Below, in pieces: positions 1 to 10,707 of a stretch of 64,000 nucleotides of DNA. Position 1 is the first letter of the stretch. Every line of letters starts with the position of its first letter. The notes below the pieces were generated by a model. It ran no database searches. It saw only the letters and a list, made by a program, of their open reading frames with translations, and had not been told where the DNA came from. The position numbers and the translations under genes were made by a program. This DNA is from Amphiscolops sp. MND2022 (taxonomy: Eukaryota), in assembly GCA_964187785.1 (NCBI GenBank), contig OZ076409.1, forward strand, positions 53,074,001-53,138,000. Direction: 5' to 3'.

Positions 1-297
1 TAACCATAGATAAACATCTTGGATTCCAAACGCAAGTTAAAAAGGTGCAAAAAATATGGCAGTCGGTATGAAAACTGTTGAAACAGTGCAGCACAGGTTT
101 CCAACACAAGTTCTTCTTTTGACTTTCCACGCACTTGTGATGAGTCACCTGGACTATTCTCTTCTGTTTTTCTTCAAAATTAGTTCTTCTTTATTGCTCT
201 CACTAGAAAAACAGATGAATTGGGCTTTGAAGAGCGTCTTTTTTCGTTCAAACATCAAGTCGTCTTATGAATTGAGGAAAAACAAGGGTATAATCAG
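1..297 (+). mobile_element. Non-LTR (LINE) retrotransposon fragment, region just C-terminal to the RT core
   Basis: ORF 56-310 reads LLLTFHALVMSHLDYS...LEKQMNWALKSVF, resembling the post-RT L..Y.ALV.S.LDY motif of CR1/L2/Jockey-like ORF2. It abuts a truncated Gypsy gag at about 297. Confidence 0.55.
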
Positions 298-863
298 GCC
301 ACATCCTTGAGATCTTCTTTGGCGAACTCTTTTCTGAACAAGTCTAATACGTCTTTGAGCGTTGTGACTGGCGTGATTTGACTTGACTGCCAGTATTCTA
401 TCGCCTCATCTCGCAGGAGACTTTGGAAGAAGTGAAGCTTGTTCTCCTCTGTTATTTTATTGGCGAGTGGGCTCAGGTGGTTTAGAAAGAGGTGCTCAAA
501 TTCCACAAATTTGTCTTTCTGGCCGCGGGAGTTTGGAACATGCGTTTGTATCAGTTTGGTGTTGGTAGTTGAAATCTTGATACGCTGGGGAATTGTTTCG
601 ATTGCGTTCAAGAGTCGTTCTTTGTGGCTTCTTGGGGTTGCATCTCCGTCGTCGTCGGTGCCGTCGTCATTATATTGGTGGATAGTGGAGGTGAATGTCG
701 GTACCGGGTGGGTGGAATGGGTCTCTGTAACTCCTGTCACCATGTTTTGCTTCAGTTGAGGCGGCTTTGAAAGACCCTGGGTGCTACTTGAAGGAATGAT
801 TTCGTTCGATTTTCTAACACCTGCCATCATGAGGTCTTTCAGTTGACAAAACTCTGAATGCAA
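294..863 (-). pseudogene. Retrotransposon Gag (capsid-like) fragment, truncated
   Basis: KDKFVEFEHLFLNHL...TEENKLHFFQSLLRDEAIEYW...LKDVLDLFRKEF matches the Retrotrans_gag-type helical pattern. Confidence 0.7.
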
Positions 864-2059
864 TTCATTAATTTTCCTCTCGTATTTTTTTTTATTTTAG
901 TTAACTGGGCGGAAATGTCGAAGTTGTCATTGATGTCATAATCAGTAGTATTGGACTCTGCCAAAACTAGATCCATGGAGGTATTTTCTTCTACTGGAAA
1001 ATCGATGATCTTACCGTTTCTGAGCCTGGTACTTTGCTCTAAACTCGTACGAGAGGTGAAAAGTAATTGTGAGCGAAGGCTAGAATATTTGTGATGATTT
1101 ATAGATGTTTTCTTTCATTTTTGTTTGATCGGTAATCATGGCCAAGAATTCAGTTTACAATAGTCGTGGAATCAAACTGAGATACATCAGGAGGAAGTCA
1201 TTTATCTTCATCGTAATTTAAATCGAGCAGAGGTTGATTGACCAGTTGCTGACTTGACTAGTTTGGAGACTATAAATGGATGAAAATTGGATGTAAATCT
1301 GTAATGAAGCACTGACTGTACTGTAGATTACAGCATTCGCGCGTTTTGGCTGGGTGGTAAAACTCAGCTCTTACCAACTTCGTTCTCATTGAATATCCCA
1401 GCTGGTGATAAGTGGTAAGTCACGTGACTACCAGTAGTTGTGCGAATTGCCGCAGGATGGCCACCTCGAATGCCAAATCTGCATACTCACTAATTTAATA
1501 ATGAATCACAAGATTTACAGCTTTGCAAATTGCCTGCACATACCAATGGTTACTATGGAGATAGAAACTAGATAAAAATGATAGTTATTGCTCTAACACT
1601 AAGTCAATATACAATGAACGCGTTAAACGATGGTAAAGCGATGTTTTTCCAAGCAATACAAACAGTGTTAGACACTATTTCAAGTACACGGATGGATAAG
1701 TGATGAAATCTAAACAATATCTCCTAAGATCCAGAACCAATTTAGCATACGATGTAAAGACATAAATTCCCAACTATAATTATTCAAATTCAGCACTAGT
1801 TGGGTTCACGATGAAAAAAGGATGGACTTCCTCCTATCTCTGCTATTCCACAACATTTCTGATCTGACGACGAATCATCGATGTGTTTAAACTCATATAA
1901 GTAAAACCAGTACAATCGCTTTTTTATTGATGAATTTAAGATGTACCTTCTCATTTTCCCTGCTTTCTCTAGTATGGCGATAATTTAGTTATGTCTTTTA
2001 CGTTCAGAAAATGAGAAGTACATTGTTTCTAAAGACCAGATTGAATAAAAGCATATCAA

Positions 2060-2313
2060 GCAAGTTCGCTGATGAGCTTGCGATGTGTTTCATGTAAAAG
2101 CATTAAATCACAAACCAGCGATGGTTTTCCGATGTAAATAGATAACTAATTCTCATATATAAATTGTTTGCAAACCCGCTGATGGGTTCGCGCTGAACTT
2201 TTGAAAAATCTCTAAGTATTGCTGCTAGCAAATCTACTGATGGATTTGCGATGAATTATAGCAAAATGGTAATTGACGTCACCAACAGAATCCGCTGATG
2301 GATTTGCGATGAA
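2060..2313. repeat. Array of five short hairpin repeats (loop GCTGAT-like, followed by GATG) separated by non-repeated spacers
   Basis: Stem/loop/stem: gcaagttc-gctgat-gagcttgc (2060), aaacc-agcgat-ggttt (2112), gcaaaccc-gctgat-gggttcgc (2170), gcaaatct-actgat-ggatttgc (2228), aatcc-gctgat-ggatt (2289). Periods are 49, 61, 58 and 58 nt. Confidence 0.8.
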
Positions 2314-3187
2314 CTTTCATTAAAGGCACCAATTTATGCGTCATTTGCAGTAACTAGTCTAGTGAATGAGAAAAGGATGAACTTTTTTGTTTACGGGTCG
2401 CATAAATTAGTATTGATGGCTACGAGATGATCTGTCACGACGGTTGCTCTGAGGCGGGAGCTTACGAAGTAACTTAGAATTCCATCCCTTTTCTGTCCGT
2501 CGGTCCAGTCTGATCGGAAAAAATATTACTCCCTTTGTCGCGACAAACCACTTTATTGAGTGTAACACTTTTTGCCATAAGCATGATCTTAATTGAGGAC
2601 ACCGGAACTAGAGTACTTAATATTAGTTAAATAGGTAACTCAAACTCAAGAGGGAGGGGAAATGGGATTAGGTACAAGTAACGTAGAGTTGCGCACAACC
2701 ATGGCTCATAATATATGACTTCATATTGCCCATATCTAAGTACATAAGACGTAGTATTTACCTTACAGATATTTAGTAGGTTATATTTCCATCATGCTGG
2801 CATGACAAAGACTCTAGCGCAAGTTTTTAAAATGTAGGGTAGGTCGAGTTTACAATCAAGAATTTTGTTACGGATCGACAAGAAAACCAGTTACCGCTAC
2901 GAATGAAGAAGCGAAGTGATCATTAAGGCCATTCCATTCCAATAAAGAAACAAAAAAGGAAAGCAAGATCAAGCACGTCAAAGACACAAAAAAAGTAACA
3001 AAACAGGGTCAAAACTCAACAAAAATCCAATCGATAAAATTTGATTGTATGAATTGTATGAAAAGTGAAGTGTTTCATAGGACCAAAACACTTTTACCTA
3101 AACTCTCCAAGTATAATTTTTGTTTTGTAGGTAATGATGCTCCTGACATTATAGAAAGTTAGCTTTAGAATAATTACACCGTTTTAG

Positions 3188-3440
3188 ACTCGAATAGTCC
3201 TCCTCTGCCCTATCTGAGAAGTGTGTTTTTGTCTGACTTGGTGTGGGACGACGACGGTGACTTCGAAGCCAGAGTGGACAGACAGCTGCAGGAGTACCAG
3301 AGAATGGCATACAAGCCGAGATCCAGGTGGTCCCCCAAGATCACCATTCCTCAGCCCTTCAACATGACCATCAGGGAAGAAACGAAACCCAAACACGAAA
3401 CATTTGCATCTAAGAGATTTGACGCCCTACGAGAAAAAAG
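3188..3440 (+). CDS. FAM161: FAM161-family (UPF0564) protein, internal exon
   Basis: ttttag acceptor at 3187 and ag|gtatgg donor at 3441. Encodes WSPKITIPQPFNMTIREE, matching the FAM161A/B ITVP.PF.MT.RE motif. Confidence 0.85.
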
Positions 3441-4082
3441 GTATGGAAACATTTTTTTTGTTAAGTTTCCACGCTTATAATGGAGCAGTGTGACTTTTTA
3501 ACTAATACGTTGTTCAAACTGTTTCCATTGATTATTCTTTTTTTCTCTTTCAAATGAGGGAAATTAAATAGTTTTTGCTAATATTCACTAAATGTTATCG
3601 TGCTTGTCGCCAATTTCCACGAAATATTCAAGTAGATAGAACTCAGTTTTTCAAGTTTTCTAAACTACGTAAAATGGATTAAATTCATCGTCCATATAAA
3701 AACAAAATAGAAAAAATAGAAAAGTTTTTCTATTTTCCAGGGTCAGTTATAAATTCAAATTTAGCTAATGCGCTGTCTTCTCGAGTTTCAGAGAAATGAA
3801 ATCCTTCACAAGAACTCTTTTGGCACTTTAACTTATGAAATATGAAATTTGTTTTTACAACCTAAAACCTCAACAATTGACCTATGAAAATTCATAAATT
3901 GATGAGCGACGAGCTAATGGTTTTTAGAAAAATTTTCCGGGACTACAAAGGGTCTCTCAACAAGGCAGCCAAAAATTAGCCCCATTATAGAGAATCATCA
4001 AACTATGACAAAGCACAAAAATTGATTGAATTGAACTTTGGAAACCATTCAAAAAATGATTCAGTTTATTGAAATATTTCAG

Positions 4083-4188
4083 GGATGAGGAAGAAAAAAT
4101 TCAATTCAGAGCCAATGAAATTCCGGCGTCAACAATGGAGCCCAAGTTCGAAAGATTAATGAAAGCAAAGAAACAAAGAAGCGAGCAG
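4083..4188 (+). CDS. FAM161: FAM161-family protein, next exon
   Basis: tttcag acceptor and cag|gtaaca donor, phase-compatible with the previous exon. Encodes DEEEKIQFRANEIPASTMEPKFERLMK, like the FAM161 F(R/K)A.PVP motif. Confidence 0.85.
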
Positions 4189-5504
4189 GTAACAGTCTGT
4201 CTTGGCAGATCCCTTTTTGAAATCAGATAGTTTTCAGTAATGTAAAAGTCGCTCTCTTGTAATGAAAATTAACCTCTAATTTAAAATTTTATCAATTAAT
4301 ATTCGAGCCAAAAATTTTCCATGCATTTCAATTTTATTTTGGTCTTCCGCTTTTCAAGGGTTCTCATTAAAATTTCTGAACATAAAACAAAAGAAATCTT
4401 TAGAATTTTCGTTCTTTTTAAATTGGCAAACAGAGTTTTCGATTATTAATTTCAAGCAAGCATTATTCCATAGAATTAATCTCTTCTTTTTCAGTTTAGA
4501 TCACCGGTAAGAAGCTCCAATTTTGAGTGCTCTGTTGTTTCTCTTTTTGATTTTTCACTCAGTTATTGCGAATTGTGAAGTCAACCTTTATCATGTAGAC
4601 GAACTTCTCATAGGGTTCCGGACGCTATCAAAGTTGCAAAGAGTAAGTCTTGTACCTGCAGGTATGATTTCGAAATCCAGACCGCCCTTTCCGGGTTCGA
4701 GACAGAAATCACACTTGGGTACAGCATCAACAACGTAGGTTCACCTGGTTTTCAGAGCTCAGTGTCAGTTTATCAGCCTTGACATATTGAGAGACAATAT
4801 TCGTACTGCTGCGGTGAAAAAGCATAATAAAATACACACATCAAAATCAAAAGGTTTCAAACGGATACAAATTGGAAGACATGTTCTGCTGACTTCAGGT
4901 TTCTGGGTCTAAAGATAGGGTTCTTGCGATCAATATCGAAGACTCACCGAACCGGTCAGCCCTCTAATCATTCCCAACCTTAGCCTTCTTTCATTATCTC
5001 CACGTTCGAATTTTTCCAAAATCAAATTTTGAAAAACTCGATGACTTCAAGGACATGTTGAATTGGTTGTTCGATGCTTGCTTTCACAAATAAATCTGAT
5101 CTCATTTTAAAAGATTGTTTTTTTGTTTCATTGTATTCATTTTTGTCTCATATATGCTTAATTTCCCTTTTGTTTTTATAGTTGGTCTGGAAAAATGAAG
5201 TGATCAACATTTTAAACATTTGAACCAAGGATCGTTCTTTCATATTTTCCGTTTGAACAACAACCTTCCTAATCCAAGGAAAAATCTCTGCCATAAAAAT
5301 TTGAGCAGAAACGGGTCCAATGAATTCCAGCATGAGTTAGTGTGGGGTGAAGTCCTCGGGAGTTCAGGTGAACAAATAGAATGGCCTAGCAAATCTGAAT
5401 TTTAGTTTGTAGTGATTGTCACAGAGAGCGCAGCTTATAGTCGTGTTATAGTCGTGACTGTTTAAAAGCTACCCAAACTGAGTTTTTGTCAATGTTTTAT
5501 AAAT

Positions 5505-5575
5505 TTCTTCATTCGTTGTGGATAGAGAGCTTGACTTGGAAAAAGGAGTACATGGGTTCGAACGCAGCGCTGCTT
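5505..5575 (+). repeat. Degenerate tRNA-derived (SINE head-like) sequence in an intron
   Basis: gtggatagag followed by gggttcgaacgc (B-box-like). No complete cloverleaf. Confidence 0.3.
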
Positions 5576-5810
5576 TGAAAGAAAGTTTTTATACTTCCAA
5601 AGGTAAACGAGAGCAAATGATCCCTTCTTTTTCCAGGCACCTGTTTTTTCAATAAATTTGTTTACCTATTTCGGTATTTTGATGTTTTCAGTTATAAATG
5701 AGCGTTGGTTGAGTCTCAATGGTGCCCGTTCAGATATTGTTGGCACTGTAAGATGGTAATGGTTTTCACGATTGTTGAACACGATTTTCTCTTAGCAAAG
5801 TTACATGCCC

Positions 5811-6157
5811 TTTTTAGTACGCGTTTCCGGAGAAAATGCACGACTCTTACAGTGGCTAGTTTTTTTTCGTCAGTTCAACGCGATCGGTCCACTTTTTTGT
5901 TCATTTGTTCAACTCCTTCGTCAACTAATATTCAGAGTTTCAGAAGCAGGAGAGCTTGGGTTCGAGTCCGCACTAAACCACAAGTTTCCAAAAGTAGAGG
6001 GTAGACCAAAGGGTCCCTGTTTTCGAGTTTCGGGGAAATCCTTTTCGGGATTTTTCGGCACTGTGTGATAAATAAAAAATTTCACAATAAGCTGAGTTTT
6101 TCCTTGAATTTTATTGAGCCTTAGATATGACGCCGACTTGGGCCGTTCCCAGCTTGC
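5811..6157 (+). mobile_element. Non-autonomous Helentron/HINE-like element (same family as 27188-27783)
   Basis: The 5' end tttttagtacgcg...gaaaatgcacgactcttacagt matches the reverse complement of 27740-27783. The 3' end gagccttagatatgacgccgacttgggccgttcccagc matches the reverse complement of 27190-27230. Confidence 0.6.
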
Positions 6158-6436
6158 TGAGGTGTAAGCAGATGCCGATGTGGGCTGTTCTTGGCTTGTT
6201 TTTTTTATTTTCCCCGACAGCCAATTCTTGATTGGTAAAATGAACCATCAATTAAAGAATGAAGTAATGTTCAGAATATTGGAGCAACAATATTATCGAG
6301 TTCTTACTTCCAATTCTTCATGTTTGATCAGTGACCATCTGTATCATGTTGAAATGCGTTATTGAATAAGAAGTGTTATCGAATAGCTACAGATAATGTC
6401 AAACCCGTTACAAACTATTTCGCTTATTTGTTCCAG

Positions 6437-6559
6437 ATACGAAAGGAAAGCAAAGAAAGGCTTATGAAGAGTGAGAGACCATTCTCTTTCTACAAGCGCA
6501 CCGCAAGTTCGCAAAGATCAAAACGAGATGAAACTAGTGACGACTACTTTTGCATTTGA
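6437..6559 (+). CDS. FAM161: FAM161-family protein, third visible exon (3' end uncertain)
   Basis: ttccag acceptor, phase 0. Encodes IRKESKERLMKSERPFSFYKR, like FAM161 ...LL.SQKPF.F..R. It either reads to a stop at 6559 or uses a non-canonical donor (gcaagt at 6503). Confidence 0.75.
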   Translation: MRKESKERLMKSERPFSFYKRTASSQRSKRDETSDDYFCI

Positions 6560-8712
6560 ACATCGTCATGATTTGTAATCTTTACATGATGTCAGAAACT
6601 CGCTTTGTGAAAGAAGTCAATGAAAACCATTCGCTTGTATATGATGTGAAGTTTTTGTTGCAATTAAATATATTGAAATAAAAATAATCCAGAACACAAT
6701 ATTTAGTCCTCAATAACTCAATTTTCACAGGTAAAAATCTCACTAGCTCATGGTTGACTGCGTTCAAGTTGAAAACTGCGTTCGCAATTTCACAATTTTA
6801 TTGTTTTCCGTCCATATTTTCATATGGGAAACGAAACTTGATAAATGAGTCACGTCCCAATTTAATACCCAAATGATGCAGAATCTTCTACAAAATTTTG
6901 CTATCAGAAATTCAGCTGAGTGGGATATGTGTTAGTGGAAATATTTAAACTTTTTTGGAAAAAGAACCCAAGAAGAAAAGTATCCCAAATTGGCCCCAAA
7001 AAGCCAAAGCTTTCAACATTTATCAGATTTTGACCATTTTTATGCAACTTCGGAGCAAGTTTTCAATTTTTCCAAAGGTTAAAAAATTCAAAGAGTTCAA
7101 CAAGTAAATCACGGGATATCAGTGCAAAACAAACATTCTACAGAAAACCCAAAAAAAGCTTACGTTTAATTTCTGTAAATGCTGCAAAATGTCCAATATT
7201 GCGAAAATACCCAAACAATGTCGACACTAAGTTTCAAAAGCTCCGGATAGTTTTGTATAATCGTTTCGAGAGTTTGAATTTCCAGAGTTTAACTACAAAA
7301 ACTGTGACCTTGTGTTTTTCCCCAAAAGTTACTGGGAAATGAACAAAAATGTGTTGAACTTTTCAATTTTTACCATTTTATACTTTTTTGTCCTATTGTT
7401 GGGCGAACCTAGAGTTAAAAGACATTTAGCTACAAGGAATGCTTTTGGATTTCCAAAAGTTTTAAAAGTAAAATTAGGCAATCAATGAACAAAACATAGG
7501 CGCGACGGCATGTCGCGCTTGGGCACGAGCAGAAACGTTCAATGGTCTGCAGAAGGTGCTAGAAAATGTGTATATCCCAGATTCCAAAACCTAGTGAACT
7601 TATCTAGTCTCAGATCAAGAAAATTTAGATGAAAGAACTAAAAAGAAAGGTGAGAAATTGAAGTTTGAGAAAAATGAAAATTGTAATTTTAGCAGAAAAA
7701 CGCAGGCGTCATACTTGATGACGGAAAGTTTGATAGTACAAGAACTAGCCTACATCTTTGCATAACTCTGTGAGGGAGAATGGTTTTCGTATCTACTTTC
7801 ACTTCTGAGAAAAATCAGTTACAATTTGGGAAAAAATGGAAATTTTTCGAATTTTTTCTTCTTCCATTTATTTGCCCAATAATACCAGAGCGAAAAAAAG
7901 TCGACGTCATTTTTACCTTTACACATAGCCTACTGAACCCTCGTACAAATTACGAAACCATGGACTCCGTATTCGTTCTCGGTCCTGATATACAGGATAC
8001 AGATATACAAGCTCGAGTAAACAAGAAATGAGAAATTTTTTCAAAAAAATCAAGTATTTTTAGCAGAAAAACGAAGGCGTCATACTTGATGACGAAAACT
8101 TTATTAGTACAAAAAAGCCCACATCCTTGCTATTTGTCTTGAGGAAGAATGGTTTCTGTATCTTTCGTCAGTGTTGAGAAATATGAGCTACAAATGAGAA
8201 AAAATTTTTCGACATTTTTTTTCAAACATTTTTTTGCCCAAAAAACCAAGTCTGAAAAAAATTTTGACGCCAATTTTGAGCGAAAATGTAGCCTATGAAA
8301 CGCTTGTAAATTACACGAAACCATGGACTCTGTATTTGGTCCTGGTTCTGAGAAATAGGGGATCAAACATAAAAAAAACAGTCAAAAATAGCGTTTTTTC
8401 AAAACTTCTTTTTAAAAAAACCATGAAGCCGAATTTTTTCGAATTTTTTTTTCGACGAAAATGTAGCCCAGGAACCTGCGCAACTTTTGGCTAGGACAAA
8501 GGTTTTTCGTATCTCTTTTCAGTTCTGAGGAAAATCCATTACAAGTTATGAAAAAATGGGAAATTTTTCGAATTTTTTCTTCATCCCTTTATTTGCCCAA
8601 AAAAACCGGAGCAAAAAAAAATTCGACGTCATTGTTGGTTTTAAACGCAGCCTACTGAGCCCTAGTACAAATTACGAAACCATGGACTGCGTATTTGTTC
8701 TCGGTCTTGAGA

Positions 8713-9432
8713 TGTAACGTCAAGCTAACAGCTACATTCTAGAACTGGGACAATGCCCAGGTTGCTTGAACAAGAGACCAGTGCCTTACTACAACCTAAA
8801 CATCAGTTTTTAGTCCCAAAATGGTCTCAGTAGGGACTTTTCCAAGACGCCGAGGAGACTCCTCATATTAGAGCTCCGTGGCGACGTGCCGGCACACTCC
8901 AAGTCCGGACACGTCCCACAAGCCTGTAAAAACAATTCCTAATGTTCCTGCGTGCTCCTACATACCTCCGAGGTCCAAAAACAGGGTCTAGCTGAAACAC
9001 ATTTTATTGGGGGAATAAGTTCTAAATCCACCAAAATAGGGATCTAGTAGATCCACTATCATCGCAAATCTGCTAAACAACATCAAAAACATCTAAATAA
9101 ACTGAATTTATCACATTCGGGGTTTGTATCCAGTCTTCAGGGTTCTTTGGGCAACCTTCGAAAAGATACTTCTTTCTTCTGGGTCATTTTCTGGGATAGA
9201 TGGCACAAAACCGCGTTTTTGTGGCAGTTCTCAGTTCTTCTGGGGTCTCTGGCACTGTCCTCTGGGATTTCGAGGTTTTTTTCGGGGTTCTCGGGCTTTT
9301 TTTTTCTTTTTTGTCCTTTCTTGGGGACCTGCTAGGTCGGCCATTTTGAATGCTCTTATTTGATATCGCACACTTTTTGAATTTGAACGAAATTTTCAAA
9401 AATTGATATAACGACTTTTGCTGGACGTTACA
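8713..9432 (-). repeat. Gypsy-A 3' LTR
   Basis: Direct repeat of 23079-23798 with TG...CA termini. Confidence 0.97.
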
Positions 9433-9443
9433 TCCTCCCCGGG
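9433..9443 (-). promoter_or_regulatory. Gypsy-A polypurine tract
   Basis: cccggggagga immediately upstream of the 3' LTR on the - strand. Confidence 0.75.
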
Positions 9444-9857
9444 CCGTAGTTTGTCGTCCTCGGCAAACGAGAGAGAATGATACATACCCAGCGGGTCCTT
9501 AGCAACATTGTTTCAATTCTTTACGTTGGATCTTACTACACAAAATTTTTACACTATTTTCGAAATATTTTGTTTTTGCAAAAGTCTCCTGCACTGTTTT
9601 TGTAGCACTTATTTCTTAACATTCCAGAAGATAAAAATCAATTTTTCTAAAAACTCTTTCTATTCGTTCCAAGCTAGTTTAAAACTTCTTCTAAGGGGTG
9701 GTAATGTACGCGGCATTCCAAAAATTTGCAAGAAAGCATGGTTGCAAGAATTCCGATTGCAGTTTTTCTTTTATTTCGGGCGGGGAGGCACCAAGTTGGG
9801 ACCCACCTACCAGGTAGGGTACTACAAAATGCACAGTAGCACTTGAATCGGGTGTAA

Positions 9858-10022
9858 TCAAAGCGTTACAATGCCAAATGAACAGCTCCAATATAGAAAC
9901 ACAGCATATAACACATCAAAGAAAATCATCGAGAGTCCATTCAGTCCATTGTGTTCTGGTGCTTGTTTGGGATCCATTTCAGGTACTGCGCCCATCTTGA
10001 ATTCTAGGAGTTCACTCATCAT
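9858..10022 (-). CDS. Candidate 54-aa small ORF with a hydrophobic C-terminus in the pol-to-3'LTR interval
   Basis: Manual translation: MMSELLEFKMGAVPEMDPKQAPEHNGLNGLSMIFFDVLYAVFLYWSCSFGIVTL*. It is below the ORF-track cutoff and there is no independent evidence of translation. Confidence 0.25.
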   Translation of the reverse strand: MMSELLEFKMGAVPEMDPKQAPEHNGLNGLSMIFFDVLYAVFLYWSCSFGIVTL

Positions 10023-10707
10023 CTACTCAAGTGTATGAAGTGCAGAACCAACATTTCTGAAGCCAACAACCATGTGGCTGGGACATATAACGCTATTCAG
10101 ATTACAAATACGTGATAGTTTCTGGAACCGGTTCCGTATTGGGTGCTTCGTACCAATCACAGACTGAATCAATCGTTTGGAATCTGGTGGTTCGAACACC
10201 ACTAAATTTGACTTTATATTCGTCTTCTGTCATGCACGGCTTCACCATTCCATAGTTGATAACAGCAGTTGGTCGACGGTGATCTGAGGACTACTATATC
10301 AGTTTCTTGTCGTTGTCAGTTGGATCCACATTGCTCGGGATGCTGCATGGTAGCTCTCTCAACCAAGTGAAAGATTATTGCACTGTGTACAAACAAGAAA
10401 CAATAGCATACTGCGTTAGTGTGTAGCACCTGGGGTATAATCTCAGGAAGTTGCGGGGATGTAACTGGGATTTGTGATCTGATACCGCGTAGGTTCAGCG
10501 AAATAGGACACGACTGTAAAACAAGCGGCAGTTGTAGATTAAGACCTTTTTTGAATTGGAGCGAAATACAATATGATCAGACACAGACGAGACAGATAGT
10601 AAAACAATCCGTATTAAGAACCAGTTCGCCAATTAGTTAAAACGACACATAAGTTTAAAAGAAGGCAAGTGGCCTTTCGAATGGCTATTTCTGAGTGCTA
10701 CAGGCTT

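Larger units (their letters stand above)
294..2767 (-). mobile_element. Truncated 5' part of a Ty3/Gypsy LTR retrotransposon (probable LTR about 2433-2767, long leader, gag fragment)
   Basis: Gag-like ORF at 294-863, with a TRLRNGK-like Gag N-terminal motif at about 1015-1035. The candidate LTR starts TGTAAGG at 2767 on - and has AATAAA near 2555. No second LTR, so boundaries are tentative. Confidence 0.55.

Noticed and set aside
2060..2313. True CRISPR array or hammerhead ribozymes (CTGATGA in the first unit)
   Set aside because: The repeats are too divergent, there are no cas genes and the context is eukaryotic. The hammerhead GAAA and three-stem core are absent.
3131..3157. 27-nt in-frame micro-exon upstream of the first FAM161 exon
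   Set aside because: It is phase-compatible but needs a 30-nt intron. It cannot be supported without transcripts.
9124..9399. Identical short ORFs at 9124-9399 and 23490-23765 (also 39635-40635 and 43785-44900)
   Set aside because: They are duplicated only because they lie in LTRs.
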